Below, piece after piece: positions 38,288 to 51,113 of a stretch of DNA of 64,000 nucleotides. Each line of letters begins with the position of its first letter. The first letter of the stretch is position 1. The DNA comes from Malacoraja senta (lineage: Eukaryota): positions 1 through 64,000 of the forward strand of contig JAXLNO010000597.1 in the NCBI GenBank assembly GCA_038087875.1, read 5' to 3'. The notes under the pieces are model-generated. The model searched no databases. It had not been told where the DNA came from and worked only from the letters and a program-made list of their open reading frames with translations. A program made the translations under genes and the position numbers.

Positions 38288-39623
38288 CCATTCCTGGAAC
38301 CAGCCCAGTGGATCTTCACTGTACTCCATCTGTAGCAGGTATATCTTTGTTTTATGCTTGACCAGCTCGGTGTACAATATTGCAGGTGACATCTCACCAA
38401 GGACTATGTCATTGTAATAAGATCTTCTTACTTCTATGATCAAAGCCTCTTCTAAAAAAGTTAAATTATAATTTCACCTCCGAAGCGGCCGCTGTATCTG
38501 AACCGAGCTCCCTTGGACTGCCTATGCTCCAAATCTATTATTATTTAACAAATTCTCAGTTTTTTAATGTGCACTCAAAGTGCATAACCTAGCTACTTTT
38601 TTAACGTTAAATTTAATCTGCCACATCCTCTTGCCCATTCACTCACCTTCTCCACATCTTCCTGAAGCTCCTTTACATCCTAATGCGTATTCATAATCCC
38701 ACCTTGTTTAGCATCATCAGCAAACATGCATATATGATGTTTTATCCCTTTAAGCATAAGATTGACATAGATCGTGAACAGATGGGGCTAAGCTCATTTA
38801 TCTGCGGTACCCCAGTAGTTACAACCTGCTAATCTGGGAAGAATCTGTTTATTCTCACTGTTTGATTTCCACCTAATAACTAATTCTCAATCCATGCCAG
38901 TACATTCTGCCCAATTCCAAGAGCTCCTATCTTGTCAACCAACGTTCTGGACAGAGTCATAAATCTGAATGGCTTCCAGAAAGCCAATCACATCCACTAG
39001 TTCCCCCTTATCTATCTACTAGTTAGATCATCAAAGAACTCGAACATGATTTCCCCTTCATTAATCCATGCTGATACTGCTCAATCCAATTATTGTTTTC
39101 AAGCTGCTTTGGTATGATATCCTTCATCATCCATTGCAGACCTTCCCTGCAGCTGGTCTTGGGCAATCAGGTTGGAAGCTGCTCTCTCTCTCCTCTCTTT
39201 CAGTGAGCTTACAGTTGATATCCTCCAATCCACAGGAACAATCCTTCTACAGTACTTTTGGAGGGTAAGCAGTATAGTCACCATTTCTAAAACCATTCCT
39301 TTCAAAACTCTGGAATGGAGTTGATTGGTTCCTTTGGAGTTATCGGCTTTCAAGCTCACTAACTTGTCTCATGCTATTTTTTTCACTAACATTTGATTTC
39401 TTCCTTTTGATCATCCTAGTTTTCAATTACCGCCCATACCCCTCTAAGTTGCTCCTTAAAACCTACCATTTGACAAAGCTTTTAATCATCTTTCCAAATA
39501 TTTCTGACCACCTTGAACAGCTGTGAAATTGTAACTTTTTTTTTCCATTTCTAATATTTCCCAGGGCACCACAAGGGACATTCTGCTATGTCAAGAGAAC
39601 CATATGGGTACAAGTTGTCATCA

Positions 39624-39800
39624 GGTCATAAGGTCGTAAGTGATAGGAGCAGAATTAGGCCATTCGGCCCATCAAGCGTACTCCGCCATTCAATCATGGC
39701 TGATCTATCTCTCCTTCCTAACCCCATTCTCCTTCCTTCTCCCCATAATCCCTGACACCTGTATGCATCAAGAATCTATCTCTGCCTTAATAATATCCAT
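39624..39800 (-). mobile_element. CR1 3' end
   Basis: ggccattcggcccatcaag...gccattcaatcatggctgatct. Confidence 0.8.
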
Positions 39801-40209
39801 TGTCATTGAATGAACTCCATTTCAGAATTTAGATCATTTTCTTTTCCTCCATGTATCTTATTCCTGGCTTGTCAAAATGTTTCTCGATGTCCTTTTACTT
39901 CACAATGCGATTAAATAGGGTAATCTACTGGCTTGTTTGTGACTTTTGAAAAGGTGAACTTTGAAGACAAAAGTCCTCTAAAAGCTGAAATCTTAAGATA
40001 ATTCAGGATAACATTTAATTTCAATTTGTGCACTGTAAATGCCATTTAAAGATTTGAGCCCTCAGCAATGATTGCATCAAAAGCACTGCACAAATGACAA
40101 ACACGTGACTTCATTTGAATTTGTCCGCAGCACCACAGCAACATGAAAATTACACGGGATTTCGTCAAGTTTGGAGCAACATCTTCGAAGACCTCTTCTC
40201 ATAATCTTT

Positions 40210-40640
40210 AGGTATGTTATTGTCACCTGTGAAAAGCACAGTGAAAAGCTGTGTGCTATCCAATCAAATCAGGTAACACCATGACCATACATAAACACAA
40301 TCAATTCCAACTCAAGTACAACAGGTCGAGCAAAGGAGGAAATGCAGAATGTAATTCTCAGCATTGCAGAGTGCCAGTTCCAGAGACAAATTCCAACATC
40401 CACAATCGGAAGAACCATTCACAAGTCTAATACTAGAGGGGAAGAAGCTGTCCCTGATTTTAGTCGGGCGCACTTTCAAGGGTCTGTATCTTCGGCCTGA
40501 TTGGAGAGGGACGAAAAAGGAATGACCATGGTGGAATGTCTGATAACGTAGGCTGCACTTCTGAGGCAGTGGATAGTGCAGATGAAGTCAATGATGGGGA
40601 GTCTGGTCTGGTTGATGGACTGGGTTGCATCCACAATTTC
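40210..40640 (-). mobile_element. Older Rex1/Babar-like LINE 3' fragment
   Basis: Reverse LQKLWMQPS / VDATQSINQTRLPIIDFICTIHCL remnants; gaagaagctgtccctga. Confidence 0.55.
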
Positions 40641-40654
40641 TGCAATTTGACAGA

Positions 40655-40985
40655 TATTGATGACTGCATTGGGGCTACCTCCTGCACCCATGCAGAACTC
40701 ATGGACTTTCAGGACACAAACTATCAACTGACATCTATTATAAACATCCTGACTCCTGCAACAATCTTGACGACACTTCTTCCCATCCTGCCTCCTGCAA
40801 AGACTCTATCCCCTACTCCAAATTCCTCCATCTACGCCGCATCTGCACCCAAGATGAGGTGTTCCATACCAGGACATCAGAGATGTTCTCATTCTTCAGG
40901 GAATGGCGGTTCCCCTCTTCCATCATAGATGAGACCCTCGCATGTGTCTCCTCGGTACCCTGCATCTCAGCTCTCGATCACCCCA
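40655..40985 (+). mobile_element. Penelope-like RT/thumb fragment
   Basis: IDDCIGATSCTHAELMDF, and in another frame SSHPASCKDSIPYSKFLHLRRIC. Confidence 0.8.
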
Positions 40986-41339
40986 CCGTTATATGCTTTC
41001 AGTTATTTAAGTAGCTACTTATTTCAAAGTAAATCTTTAAATCATGTAATCAGAAAGCATTAATGTACTAATGTCAAAGATGAATTGGATGGGTAGTTTC
41101 ATCAACACACTCTCAATCTAATGGCAAACATTGCATCTCCATTGACATCAAGAAATATTTGCATCAAGCTCACCTCGGTTAGCATTTGAAGACTTTACAC
41201 ACAATAAGGTAATATCTATTTCTTTTCCAACTATGGGAAAACATTTGGTTCACAACCCATGGTAAATCTATAAATGTGGGTAAAAGGATTTTATTACAAA
41301 TATTGGTACTTCCTTAGAAGGCTTAGGAAATTCGGCAGG

Positions 41340-42356
41340 TCTGTAACAACTCTCACCAACTTCTAGAGCTTTTATCGGGATGCATCACAGCATGGTTTGG
41401 GAACAGTTCCATCCAAGACCATATGAAATTGTAGAGAATGGTGAACATAGCCCAGACCATCACACAAACCAACCTCACTTCAATTGAGTGTTAAAGAAGG
41501 AACTGCAGATGCTGGAAAATCGAAGGTACACAAAAATGCTGGAGAAACTCAGCGGGTGCAGCAGCATCTATGGAGCGAAGGAAATAGGTAACGTTTCGGG
41601 CCGAAACCCTTCTTCAGACTGATAGGGGGTGGGGAGAAGAAAGGAAAAAAGGAAAAAGGCGGAGGAGGAGCCCGAGGGCTGGGGGAGGGGAGGAGACAAC
41701 CAGATGGCTAGCCCTTGACAACCCAATTCTGCTAGCCCTTGCTGTCCCCTCCCCTTCATCAGCCATCTGGTTGTCTCCTCCCCTCCCCCAGCCCTCGGGC
41801 TCCTCCTCCGCCTTTTTCCTTTTTTCCTTTCTTCTCCCCACCCCCTATCAGTCTGAAGGAGGGTTTCGGCCCGAAACGTTACCTATTTCCTTCGCTCCAT
41901 AGATGCTGCTGCACCCGCTGAGTTTCTCCAGCATTTTTGTGCACCCTCTCACTTCAATTGACTCCATTTACATTTCACGCTGCCTCGACGAAGCCACCAG
42001 CATAATTATGGATGAGTCGCACCCCGGTCACTCCCACTTCTCCCCTCTCTTATCAGGCAAGAGGTACAGAAGTGTGAAAACCCACACCTCCAGATTCAGG
42101 GACTGTTTTTTTCCCAGCTGTTATCGGGCATCCTATCAGCACCTAGAGAGCAGTCCTGAGGGTCATTGGAGGCCCTCGGAATATCTTTACTCAGATCTTA
42201 CTGAACTTTAACTTGCACTAAACGTTATTCCCTGAACATGTATCTGTACACTGTGGATGGCTCGATTGTAATCATGTATTGTCTTTCCGCTGACTGGTTA
42301 GCACAAAACAAAAGCTTTTCACTGTACCTTGGTACATGTGACAATAAACTAAACTA
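41340..42356 (+). mobile_element. Rex1/Babar-like LINE 3' end interrupted by a PLE palindrome
   Basis: SIDSIYISRCLDEATSIIMDESHPGHSHFSPLLSGKRYRSVKTHTSRFRD; ends gacaataaactaaact. Confidence 0.75.
41488..41947. mobile_element. Long fold-back PLE-end element with two hammerhead-like cores
   Basis: About 185-bp inverted arms (41525-41709 / 41761-41945); perfect 14-bp TSD ctcacttcaattga (41474-41487 / 41948-41961). Confidence 0.92.
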
Positions 42357-42746
42357 TAACAGAAAGGCATAGAAATGTAAAGCTAATGTCACGGTGTGTT
42401 GGATAATCCATGATGAGCAGACAAATGTTTAATTCTCGAGGCTGCCACTGGACGATTCATGAGTAGATGAGGCAAAGGGTGCTGGAAGGGCCTTTTCTCA
42501 CTGAACATATGAAGGAAATCAAATAGGTCTGGGGCTGGGGCTGGAACTGGGAGTTGCAAAGAAGCATGGCCTCTGGGTGACAGAGGGGTGAGGTGGGGGG
42601 GGGGGGGGGAGGTGGGAGAGTGGCCTGCAGAGAAGTGTCAGGATATGACCAGGATGGATATGAAAAGTGTTGATTGATAATAAGAGGAGGTAGGAGAAAA
42701 TTTGGTTTCTGGCACTAGAGAGTTGAGTGAGAAGGAATTTAGAAGA

Positions 42747-42969
42747 ACACTAGAGATAGATACAAAATGCTGGAGTAACTCAATGGGCCAGGCAGCATCT
42801 CTGGAGAGAAGGAATGGGTGATGTTTCTGGACGAGACCCCTCTTCAGACTCGATCCGAAACGTCATCACCTATTCCTTCTCTCCAGAGATGCTGCCTATC
42901 CCACTGAGTTACTCGAGCTTTTTGTGTCTATCTTCAGTTTAAACCAGCATCTGCAGTTCCTTCCTATAT
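42747..42969. mobile_element. Palindromic PLE-end element
   Basis: Inverted arms; 10-bp TSD atttagaaga (42737-42746 / 42970-42979). Confidence 0.85.
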
Positions 42970-43224
42970 ATTTAGAAGATCAGCTTGAAGGGTTGAAGGG
43001 AAGGGGTGACGGGAAGTGCTTTGTGGTTTTGACTGAAGCTCAATACGGGCAAGAGCATTGGGAGTGTGTTGGTCTCTGTGCGATGGAGTTGGGGTGGTAA
43101 TGGATTGGGTAGCTGACAGCAGGCTAGAGATTTGAGAGGAACAGATGCTTAACACAGTATTTAAAGGGGACAAACCTGATGAAAGTTTGCAGTATTGACC
43201 AAGCAAATGTTCAGGCACCAACTC

Positions 43225-43700
43225 GACTGGTGGCGTCAGCGAAGGCCATGAACGTCAACAGAATCAACAAACTCATCAGGAGCGCTGGCTTCGTCCTGGA
43301 GATAGGTTCATGGGAGGTGGTCTTGGAGGGGTGGATGCTCCTCAACCTATGGAGCATCCTGGACAATACAGATCACCTCCCTCCATGACGCACTGGTCAA
43401 CCTGAGGAGCACCTTCAGCAACAAACTGGTTCCACCAAGAGGCAGTACAGAACACCACAAGAGATCCTTTTTCCCTGTGGCTATCAAAATGTACCAGTCC
43501 TCCTCCTTCTGTCATGGTGTAGACTGACTCCCTCCCCCCCCCCCCCCCCACCTCTCCACCCTTCTCAATCTTTGCACATCCCAATCCTTACCACATCACT
43601 TTAAATTCATGTTTCATGTATCTTGTGTTTTATGGATATTGGCAGATCAATTTCCCTCCTGGGATAAATAAAGTTGTATGGTATCGTATTGTATCGATAT
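43225..43700 (+). mobile_element. Rex1-related LINE 3' end (distinct subfamily)
   Basis: NRINKLIRSAGFVL...SILDNTDHL; ends gggataaataaagttgtatggtatcgtat. Confidence 0.6.
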
Positions 43701-44726
43701 ATTGCTACATAATGTTCGAAGGCTTGTTCTTATGATGAGGGCAGCCAACACATGTGCAAATGAAAATTACAGACATAGCATCCAGTCACATAGTGCTGCT
43801 CATTGGATGAATGTGTCTGGGCTCCTATGAGTATTGGTGCATTGAACAGACTGAAAGGCCAGGAGTGAAAACAAACCAAATGGCTCATTTTCCGTTTCAT
43901 CGTATTTTTCACTGAATTTGAATTGAGAAGCCAAGATATTTCCTGTGATGAATTTTAGTCATAATCACAGGTGTTAGAGCATTCCTTGCCTTCAGTAAGA
44001 CGACCCAGTATCTTTGAGAGAAATTTCCAATCTGGCAACAAACTGTGTTCATTTAGAAAAAATATTGCTGAGGCCCCTAGCTGGAAGAGATTCTCCAGCC
44101 TCATTTAACATACGACTCAACAGGCAGAAAATAATTCAATTCCAGCAGTCTAGATTAGAATTATAACATCTTCCTTGGAGAATTTAAAGATTTTGCTCCT
44201 CATTCATTGTATCAGTACAAGGAAAATAACAGCTGTTGTGTATCATGCCTTAATATACCAATACCTGAAATAAAAGCTTTGACTACATCTGCTATAAATC
44301 AGTCCGGGCTGAAGCAGTAATTTGAAATTTTGCCACAAATCACTTGAGTAGAACCTTTTAACAGGCAACAGAAAAACATTCAATCAAAATTCTCCTAGTA
44401 AGACATTATGAAAACATATTTTGTTATTGCATTTTCCATATAATTGTAAATATTTTTTGCTCAGGCTCCTCAGCCAGATCGAACGAAGATGGTCCATTGT
44501 GATATAAGACGCAACGAACAGGAAATTAATTGTCTTCAGATTTTCAAGATGGAACCTATGTCAATGGACCATAGAAATCAATAGGTATAGGAGTAGCAAT
44601 CCATGCTGCCTGACCCACTGAGTTACTCCGGCACTTTGTGTTTCTTTTTGTAAACCAGCATCTGCAGTTTCCGGTGTCAACACTGTCTTGTCCTTTCTCA
44701 TCATTTCACACCTTTCCTCAATGTTA

Positions 44727-44822
44727 GATGATCAGCCATGATCATATTGAATGGCGGTGCAGGCTCGAAGGGCCGAATGGCCTACTCCTGCACCTATTTT
44801 CTATGTATCTATGTATCTATGT
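44727..44822 (+). mobile_element. CR1 3'UTR fragment
   Basis: gatcagccatgatc...gggccgaatggcctactcctgcacctat plus (CTATGTAT)n. Confidence 0.8.
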
Positions 44823-46150
44823 TAGTGAGATGACTAGTTTAAAAATGTTGAATGGATGCTAACTGCTCCCCAATTAGGATGCAAAGGAATAACAAAGTAT
44901 TCAATTGCATGAAAATATATCACTGGTGTCGTTTAAGCTCGTTTGCTTATTTGATTTCCATATGCATTAGTTTTAATATGTTAGTTTTTCTTGCATTTTA
45001 GCCAATGTGCATGAAAAATCAGAAATAATATACACTGGAAAAAAATCTTCTTCAAATTAAGAACATTCTGTAGTGTAAATCATTTATTTATTTGTCATGA
45101 AGATTTTTAATCTGATATAGAATTAGTTAACCAATTAATTACTCATTATAATCTAGAGAAGGAAATATGAGTATAAGAGGCAAAGTGTGTGGATAAATGA
45201 TTACCTCTCTGGTAATGAAGCAGATCAGACGAGGGATTTATTCACATAATTGAAATAGAATATGTGCTTTGCCATTGAAAATCTGGTTAATCCAGAGCGG
45301 GCTAACCTGGAGCAGAGTGATTGTGTTTATATTTCTATGTGCCTTAGTGCGCATCAAGACATGTCCCCTTATCATTCTCCTTAATTCTTTAATGACAAAG
45401 TAACACTCACCCAAATAATATCAACTGCAGGGGGACACACAGAATTAGTTAGCATTGAGCTATCAACCTCATTGGAATGGAAAACAACTATTATTATTGA
45501 CTGCAGATATGTCCTCACCTCCCAGCAGCTTCCTGTGGGTGGTGTCTTCTTTCAGTCTGGGGGTGTCTCCATAGCTTTGAGCCATAGGCTGAGCCCCCCC
45601 ACATAGATGGATCTTCATTAGCCTATCCAAGCTCCTCTGACCTCCTGCCCCCCCTGCCCTGTCTAGCTCCCATCAGTGTAGCAACTACTCAAGAGGCAAC
45701 AATATCTAACAAATGCAATGGTTGTTCCCATTTTGGCATGTCCCTTTAAGTTACAACTTTAGTAACTGCACACTGACAAATGGAAGAAGTTGTGGACAAT
45801 GAGAGGGAGCACTACAATTAAACTGACAATATTAGCTTCAGTGTGGTCTGATACAGGGAATATAAATAATGCAATTCAATGAATTTTGGAATAAAAGATC
45901 TTATTTTCAATATGAATTTCACTAACAGGGAACGGTAATTCCAAGGACAATGTCTCAAAGCTAGAATTACAAATAGCATAGAAACCAACTATTTAATCCA
46001 ATTATTCTATAACATTCTTATCTCTGCAAGAATCCTCTTCCAATTTATTTAATATTATCCATTCAGTTTCAGTAACTAACTTAAATTTATATTTTTTATT
46101 TGCCTCACTTCATCCCTGTGGTTGTAATTCTAATTAGTTTGAGTAAGTAA

Positions 46151-46472
46151 GTTTAGTTTAGTTTAGTTTAGAGATACAGCATGGAAACAGGCCCTTCGGC
46201 CCACCGAGTCCGCGCCGACCAGCAATCCCCGCATATTGACCTTATCCTACACACACTAGGGACAATTTACAATTATACCAATCCAATTAACCTACATACC
46301 TGTACGTCTTTGGAGTGTGGGAGGAAACCGAAGATCTCGGAGAAAACCGATGCGGTCACAGGGCGAACGTACAAACTCTGTACAGACAGCACCCGTAGTC
46401 AGGATCGAACCTGAGTCTCCAGTGCTGTAAGCACTGTAAGGCAGCAACTCTACCGCTGCGCCACCATGCCGT
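46151..46472 (-). mobile_element. Full-length V-SINE
   Basis: Reverse strand starts ggacggcatggtggcgcagcggtagag (A-box), B-box ggttcgatcc, V-domain, tail. Confidence 0.85.
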
Positions 46473-46889
46473 CCTTCAGAATTTCTTCTTGGATTAATTA
46501 TTTAAACTCATTATTCACTCTCTGATTCACATTAATTATCGACAACTTAATTGGAATTTGCAACATGGATACGGTTTCTGTATATTTACCAACTTCAAAA
46601 AAGGTTTTAAAACCCAAAGTTTCAATTCAGCTGTCTCTCAGGCTGACATTTTCTGGAGTACCCCATTTAAGTTTCTTTCAACTTGATGTTATCTTGAGCA
46701 TATCACTGAGCAGATTGAAATATGCAATTATAGAGATGTCCATAAATAAAGCAGATTTAAATGTTTATGTCAAATACCCAGTTAGAGCAAAGTGCAAAAT
46801 AAAGTTATAACTGCAACAGAAAAGAGTTAAAGCTATCATTTTTTGAGGTAAAATCTCCATGAGGCTTCCAACAACTTGCAACAAAGTAA

Positions 46890-47184
46890 AGGCCCTGTCC
46901 CACGATGCGAGTTCACCCAAGAGCTCTCCCAAGTTTACAAAAAAAATCAAACTCATGGTAAGTACGTAGAATGTACGTAGCGGGTACGTCGGAGCTCGTG
47001 GATGTCTCGTAGTGGCTCGTAATGCTAACGGCAGGTACTCGGGAAACGCGGAAACTCGTGAAGTATTTTCAACATTGTGAAAAATTTCCAAGAGTAAAAA
47101 AATACTCGTGATGAGGTACCACGAGTTTGATTTTTTTAAACTCGGGAGAGCTCTTGGATAAACTCGCATTGTGGGACAGGGGCA
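46890..47184. mobile_element. PIF/Harbinger-like MITE copy 8
   Basis: Long TIRs ...ctgtcccacgatgcgagttcacccaagagctctcccaagttt / aaactcgggagagctcttggataaactcgcattgtgggacagg; flanks taa/tta. Confidence 0.85.
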
Positions 47185-47828
47185 TTAGGTAGCAGAATGA
47201 TAAGATGTATTACATTTCAGGGTGTTACACATTTTGTGCAAGAGAAGAGTTGAGGCTTTTTTTTAATGTTCTATGTGTGACTGCATGAGCTTCCACCCAA
47301 ATGCCTAAAAAACAAGCTAGCTGTTTGGCCAATGGTTAATGCCCCGTGTTAATAGGAGCTTGGTGATTCAGAAGGATGGGGTGTGTGAAATGTTGGAAGT
47401 GGGAGTGCAGTTTGCTGGTGTAAATGGGCACATGGGAGAGAAGGGTGTCACAGGAAATAAATGGAGGAGAGGATTCATGGGATTTCTCAGAGCTGGCATG
47501 AACTAGATGGGCAGAGTGACCAGCTGCTCTCGGTAATGATATATGAAAATATCTTGATCACAGTTATACCAGATAAATATATGTTCGAATTCAACACTGA
47601 CGTTCTCTGGAGTAGATTGCGGAGAAGTCATTTTTATTTGGATGATAAATATCTGGCCATTTTTCAGCAGTAATTTCCATACATTTGTTCCCATTAACTT
47701 AAAAATGGGGAGGAGAGAACAACTAGTGTCTGATATTCGTATTCGTACAAGCATTTAGTGATGGTGATCATAGGTGAATATCTCTGCTCTTGCCCGGCAA
47801 TTATATAAAATAGGACAATACGAATTTT

Positions 47829-48138
47829 GGCGTCTCGGTGGCTCAGAGGCAGAGTTGCTGCCTTACAGCACCAGCGACCCAGGTTCAATCCTGACTACAG
47901 GTGCTGTCTGTATGGAGTTTATATGTTCTCGCGCATGGGTTTTCTCCGGGCACTCCGCTTTCCTCCCACACTCCAAAGGCGTGCAGATTTGGAGGTTAAT
48001 TGGCTTTTGTAAATTGTAAATTGTCAATAGTGTGTGTAAGATCATGTTTGGGTGCGGGGATCACTGGTCGGTGTGGACTCAGGAGCTGAAGGGCCTGTTT
48101 CCACGCTGTATCTCTAAACTAAACTAAACTAAACTAAA
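47829..48138 (+). mobile_element. V-SINE
   Basis: A/B boxes, gggttttctccgggcactccgctttcctcccaca, (CTAAA)n tail. Confidence 0.8.
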
Positions 48139-48155
48139 TTGAGTAGCCAGTATAA

Positions 48156-48523
48156 TGGACCTGTCCCACTTAGGCGATTTTTTAGGTGACTGCCGGCGAC
48201 TACGGCAATGGAATTCACCAAAATCAGCACTGGCGACAACCTACGACATCCTGGCGACAACCTACGTATTCCTGGCGACAATCTACGACAACCTACGACA
48301 GCACCTGCGTCAGGAGAAGACAAGCTACGACAAGCCCACGGTCGCCGACTGTCGCCAAAAAGTTTTGAACATATCAAAATCCAGCGATGACCAGAAAAAT
48401 GCTACGGCTCTTTGGGCGACTGAGGAGACTACTCACGACCATACAGGCGACCCCCTGGCGACCATGTGGCGACAGCCTAGTCACTGGCAGTCTCCTAAAA
48501 ATCACCTAAGTGGGACAGGCCCA
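48156..48523. mobile_element. PIF/Harbinger-like MITE copy 9
   Basis: TIRs tggacctgtcccacttaggcgattttt / aaaaatcacctaagtgggacaggccca; perfect TAA duplication. Confidence 0.9.
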
Positions 48524-49827
48524 TAAGTGTAAAGCAGGCTGCCAATTCACTCCCATGTACTTTACATGAGAACAAGCAGTCAAAAGCTGACATTTTATAT
48601 TCACAACGTGGTAATTAACCTCCATTACATGATAATAACGCAATTGGTTTCCAGATATTTTATTTAAGGTTGGAACAACATTTTCCTGCCTTACGTTTAC
48701 ATACACAGTTTAAAAAGACGTGATAAATACGCTAGCTGTAACAAGATTGAGCATCCCCTCGTCACTTCTGTTCTGCAGACAAGTGGTCCTTGGACAATAT
48801 GCTCATGCATGCCTGAAAATCACACGAGAATGTGAAAAATTATGCATTTTCATGCAACAAATATTAATTATGCTTGAAAGCCTTTTTCTGTAATATTCAT
48901 ATAAATATGCTCCAGAAACCATGTGTCACAGGTCTGTTAGCAATCTGACAAGGTAGGGCACTGAATCCCTGCAAAATGGATCTTAGAGTCCAAGCAGCTG
49001 TCAAGTTGTTGGCACCAGCTGATCAGTCACAAGAAACTCTGCAAGGCTCAGTGGTCAAGTTCACTGACTGGCTTCATCACCAGACTGTCATTTCAGTACA
49101 AGCATTGCCAATGGGTGTGTCTGTTGCAATCTGTAGCCCCCCCCCCCCCCCGGGGTAGTGCAGCTACGAGGGCAGTCTGCCGTTAAAGCTTCAGTGCCCT
49201 TCTATACTTCACAGTTCCTTTCTTTTTAAATCAATATCACCTTAATGGTTCATTTTTTGAGTGCACAGAAATTCCTCAAATGGATCTGGTCATGAGAACG
49301 GCAAAATTTTCACAAGCCTAACTCAGCTTACCAGAGACAATATGTGCTCTGAATCAAAACTATGGAAAGATATGTTTTATTGTAGATTTCATAATGAATA
49401 GTAAATTCCATAGGAGAAGTTCTGAAATTGTGAAACAGTAAATGTAAACAGTTTTCTTGAGTAATACAAAATATTGAATAAATATGAGTCACAGTGAATT
49501 TTACAGGGACTGTTAAAGAACAGCTTTTTGTTAATTAAATCCTTTATTGAAAACCCCCCACTAAAAACTCCAGTTAACTGAGGAAAACATAAAGACATTG
49601 TCACCTTCCTCACCCACTTCCTGAATATTTCAAACACAAGTTACTACAAAGACCAGAACCACATGAAACCACTTATGGTTAAAGGTAGTTTGAAGGCTGC
49701 CTGATCATACTCAAAGATTACAGACAGGAGAATGGGGTTGAGAGGGGATAATAGATCAGCCAAGATCGATGGCAGAGCAGACTGGATTGGCCAAATGACC
49801 TAATTCTGCTTCTATAACTTATAGACT

Positions 49828-50060
49828 TCAGTTTAGTTTATTGTCACGTGTACCAAGATACAGTGAAAAGCTTTTTATTGTGTGCTAACCAGTCAGCAAA
49901 AAGAAAACACATGATTACAATCGATCCATTTACAGTGTATTGATACATGATAATGGAATAACGTTTTGTGCAATGTAAAAGCCAGCAAATTCTGATCAAG
50001 GATAGTCTGAGGGTCACCAAAGTGGTAGATAGTAGTTCAGCATTGCTCTCTGGTTGTGGG
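49828..50060 (-). mobile_element. Rex1/Babar-like LINE 3'UTR
   Basis: Homologous to 10718-10960. Confidence 0.65.
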
Positions 50061-50374
50061 CATATGGACTTATGGATATGTCAGTTGAGGCAAGGGTAAC
50101 CAATCTATTTGCACAACCATAAATAAATGTCCTAATATGTCACATTACTATCTGGTCACCTTATTTGAAAATGAATGTTATTGTTTTCCCAAAGAAACTA
50201 CAAATAGTCCACATAAAATTCTATGAAAATACATCTAACTTCAAAACAGATATTGCTGCATTATTGCATATATTCAGCAGGTCCAGGATTCTCTATTTTT
50301 ATTTCAGGATTTCAGCATCTGCAGATTTTATTTTTTGATACTAACATGCGTTAGCCTCACTGGTGGTTCAAAAA

Positions 50375-51113
50375 GTGGTGAACACTGCCCAGTTATGGTT
50401 TCTGACCTCCCCACCATTGAAAGGATTTACAGGTGTCGATACCTCAGAAAGGCAGCCAGCATCATCAGAGACCATCCTGGCCACACACTCATTTCACCCC
50501 TGCCACCGGGAAGAAGGTACAGGAGCCTAAAAACGTTAACATCCAGGTTCAGGAACAGCTTCTTCCCTACAGCCATTAGGCTATTAAACACTACAACCTC
50601 CAAATAAGCTCTGAGTTGCATAGACCTGGGGGCATTGGTTGTGTCTTTTTGCACTATTATTGTTTATTTGTTTGTGTGTGTGTGTGCGTGTGCGTGTGCG
50701 TGTGCGTGTGCGTGTGTGTGTGCGTGCGTGCGTGTGTGTGTGCGTGTGTGTGTGTGTGTGTGTGTGCGTGTGCATGTGTGCGCGTGTGTATGTACATGTG
50801 TGTGTGTGTGCATGTGCGTGTGTGCATGTGCGTGCGTGTGTGTGTGCGTGTGCGTGTGCATGTGCGTGTGCGTGTGTGCATGTGCGTGTGCGTGCGTGCG
50901 TGTGTGTGCGCATGTGTGTGTGCATGTGCATGTGTGTGCGTGTGTGTGTGTGTGTGTGCATGTGTGTGTGTGTGTGTGTACATGAGAAACTTTTTTTTCT
51001 CATATATTATGTTGTTTAAAGAGTGCTGTGTTTACATATTCTGTTGTGCAGCTGAAAGTAAGAATTTCATTGTTCTATCTGGGACATATGACAATAAAAC
51101 ACTCTTGACTCTT
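50375..51113 (+). mobile_element. Rex1/Babar-like LINE 3' end with expanded microsatellite
   Basis: RRYRSLKTLTSRFRNSFFPTAIRLLN; same subfamily as 26480-27057. Confidence 0.75.
50673..50984. repeat. Alternating purine-pyrimidine (TG/CG/CA)n microsatellite
   Basis: About 310 bp of gtgtgcgtgtgcat-type repeat. Confidence 0.95.

Larger units (their letters stand above)
36130..39400 (-). mobile_element. Old CR1 LINE fragment hosting RTE and PLE insertions
   Basis: CR1 3' motifs at 36130-36735 resume at about 38288; reverse MVRCHLQYC, tttagcatcatcagcaaac (FADDAK), IVPVDWRISTV. Confidence 0.7.

Noticed and set aside
46400..46472. tRNA gene
   Set aside because: A/B boxes belong to the head of a multicopy SINE and run on into its body; no full cloverleaf
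48762..48812. Possible short terminal exon (reverse strand, ttttcag|ACMSILSKDHLSAEQK*)
   Set aside because: Acceptor-like signal only; no partner exons or recognisable protein; needs RNA-seq or TBLASTX
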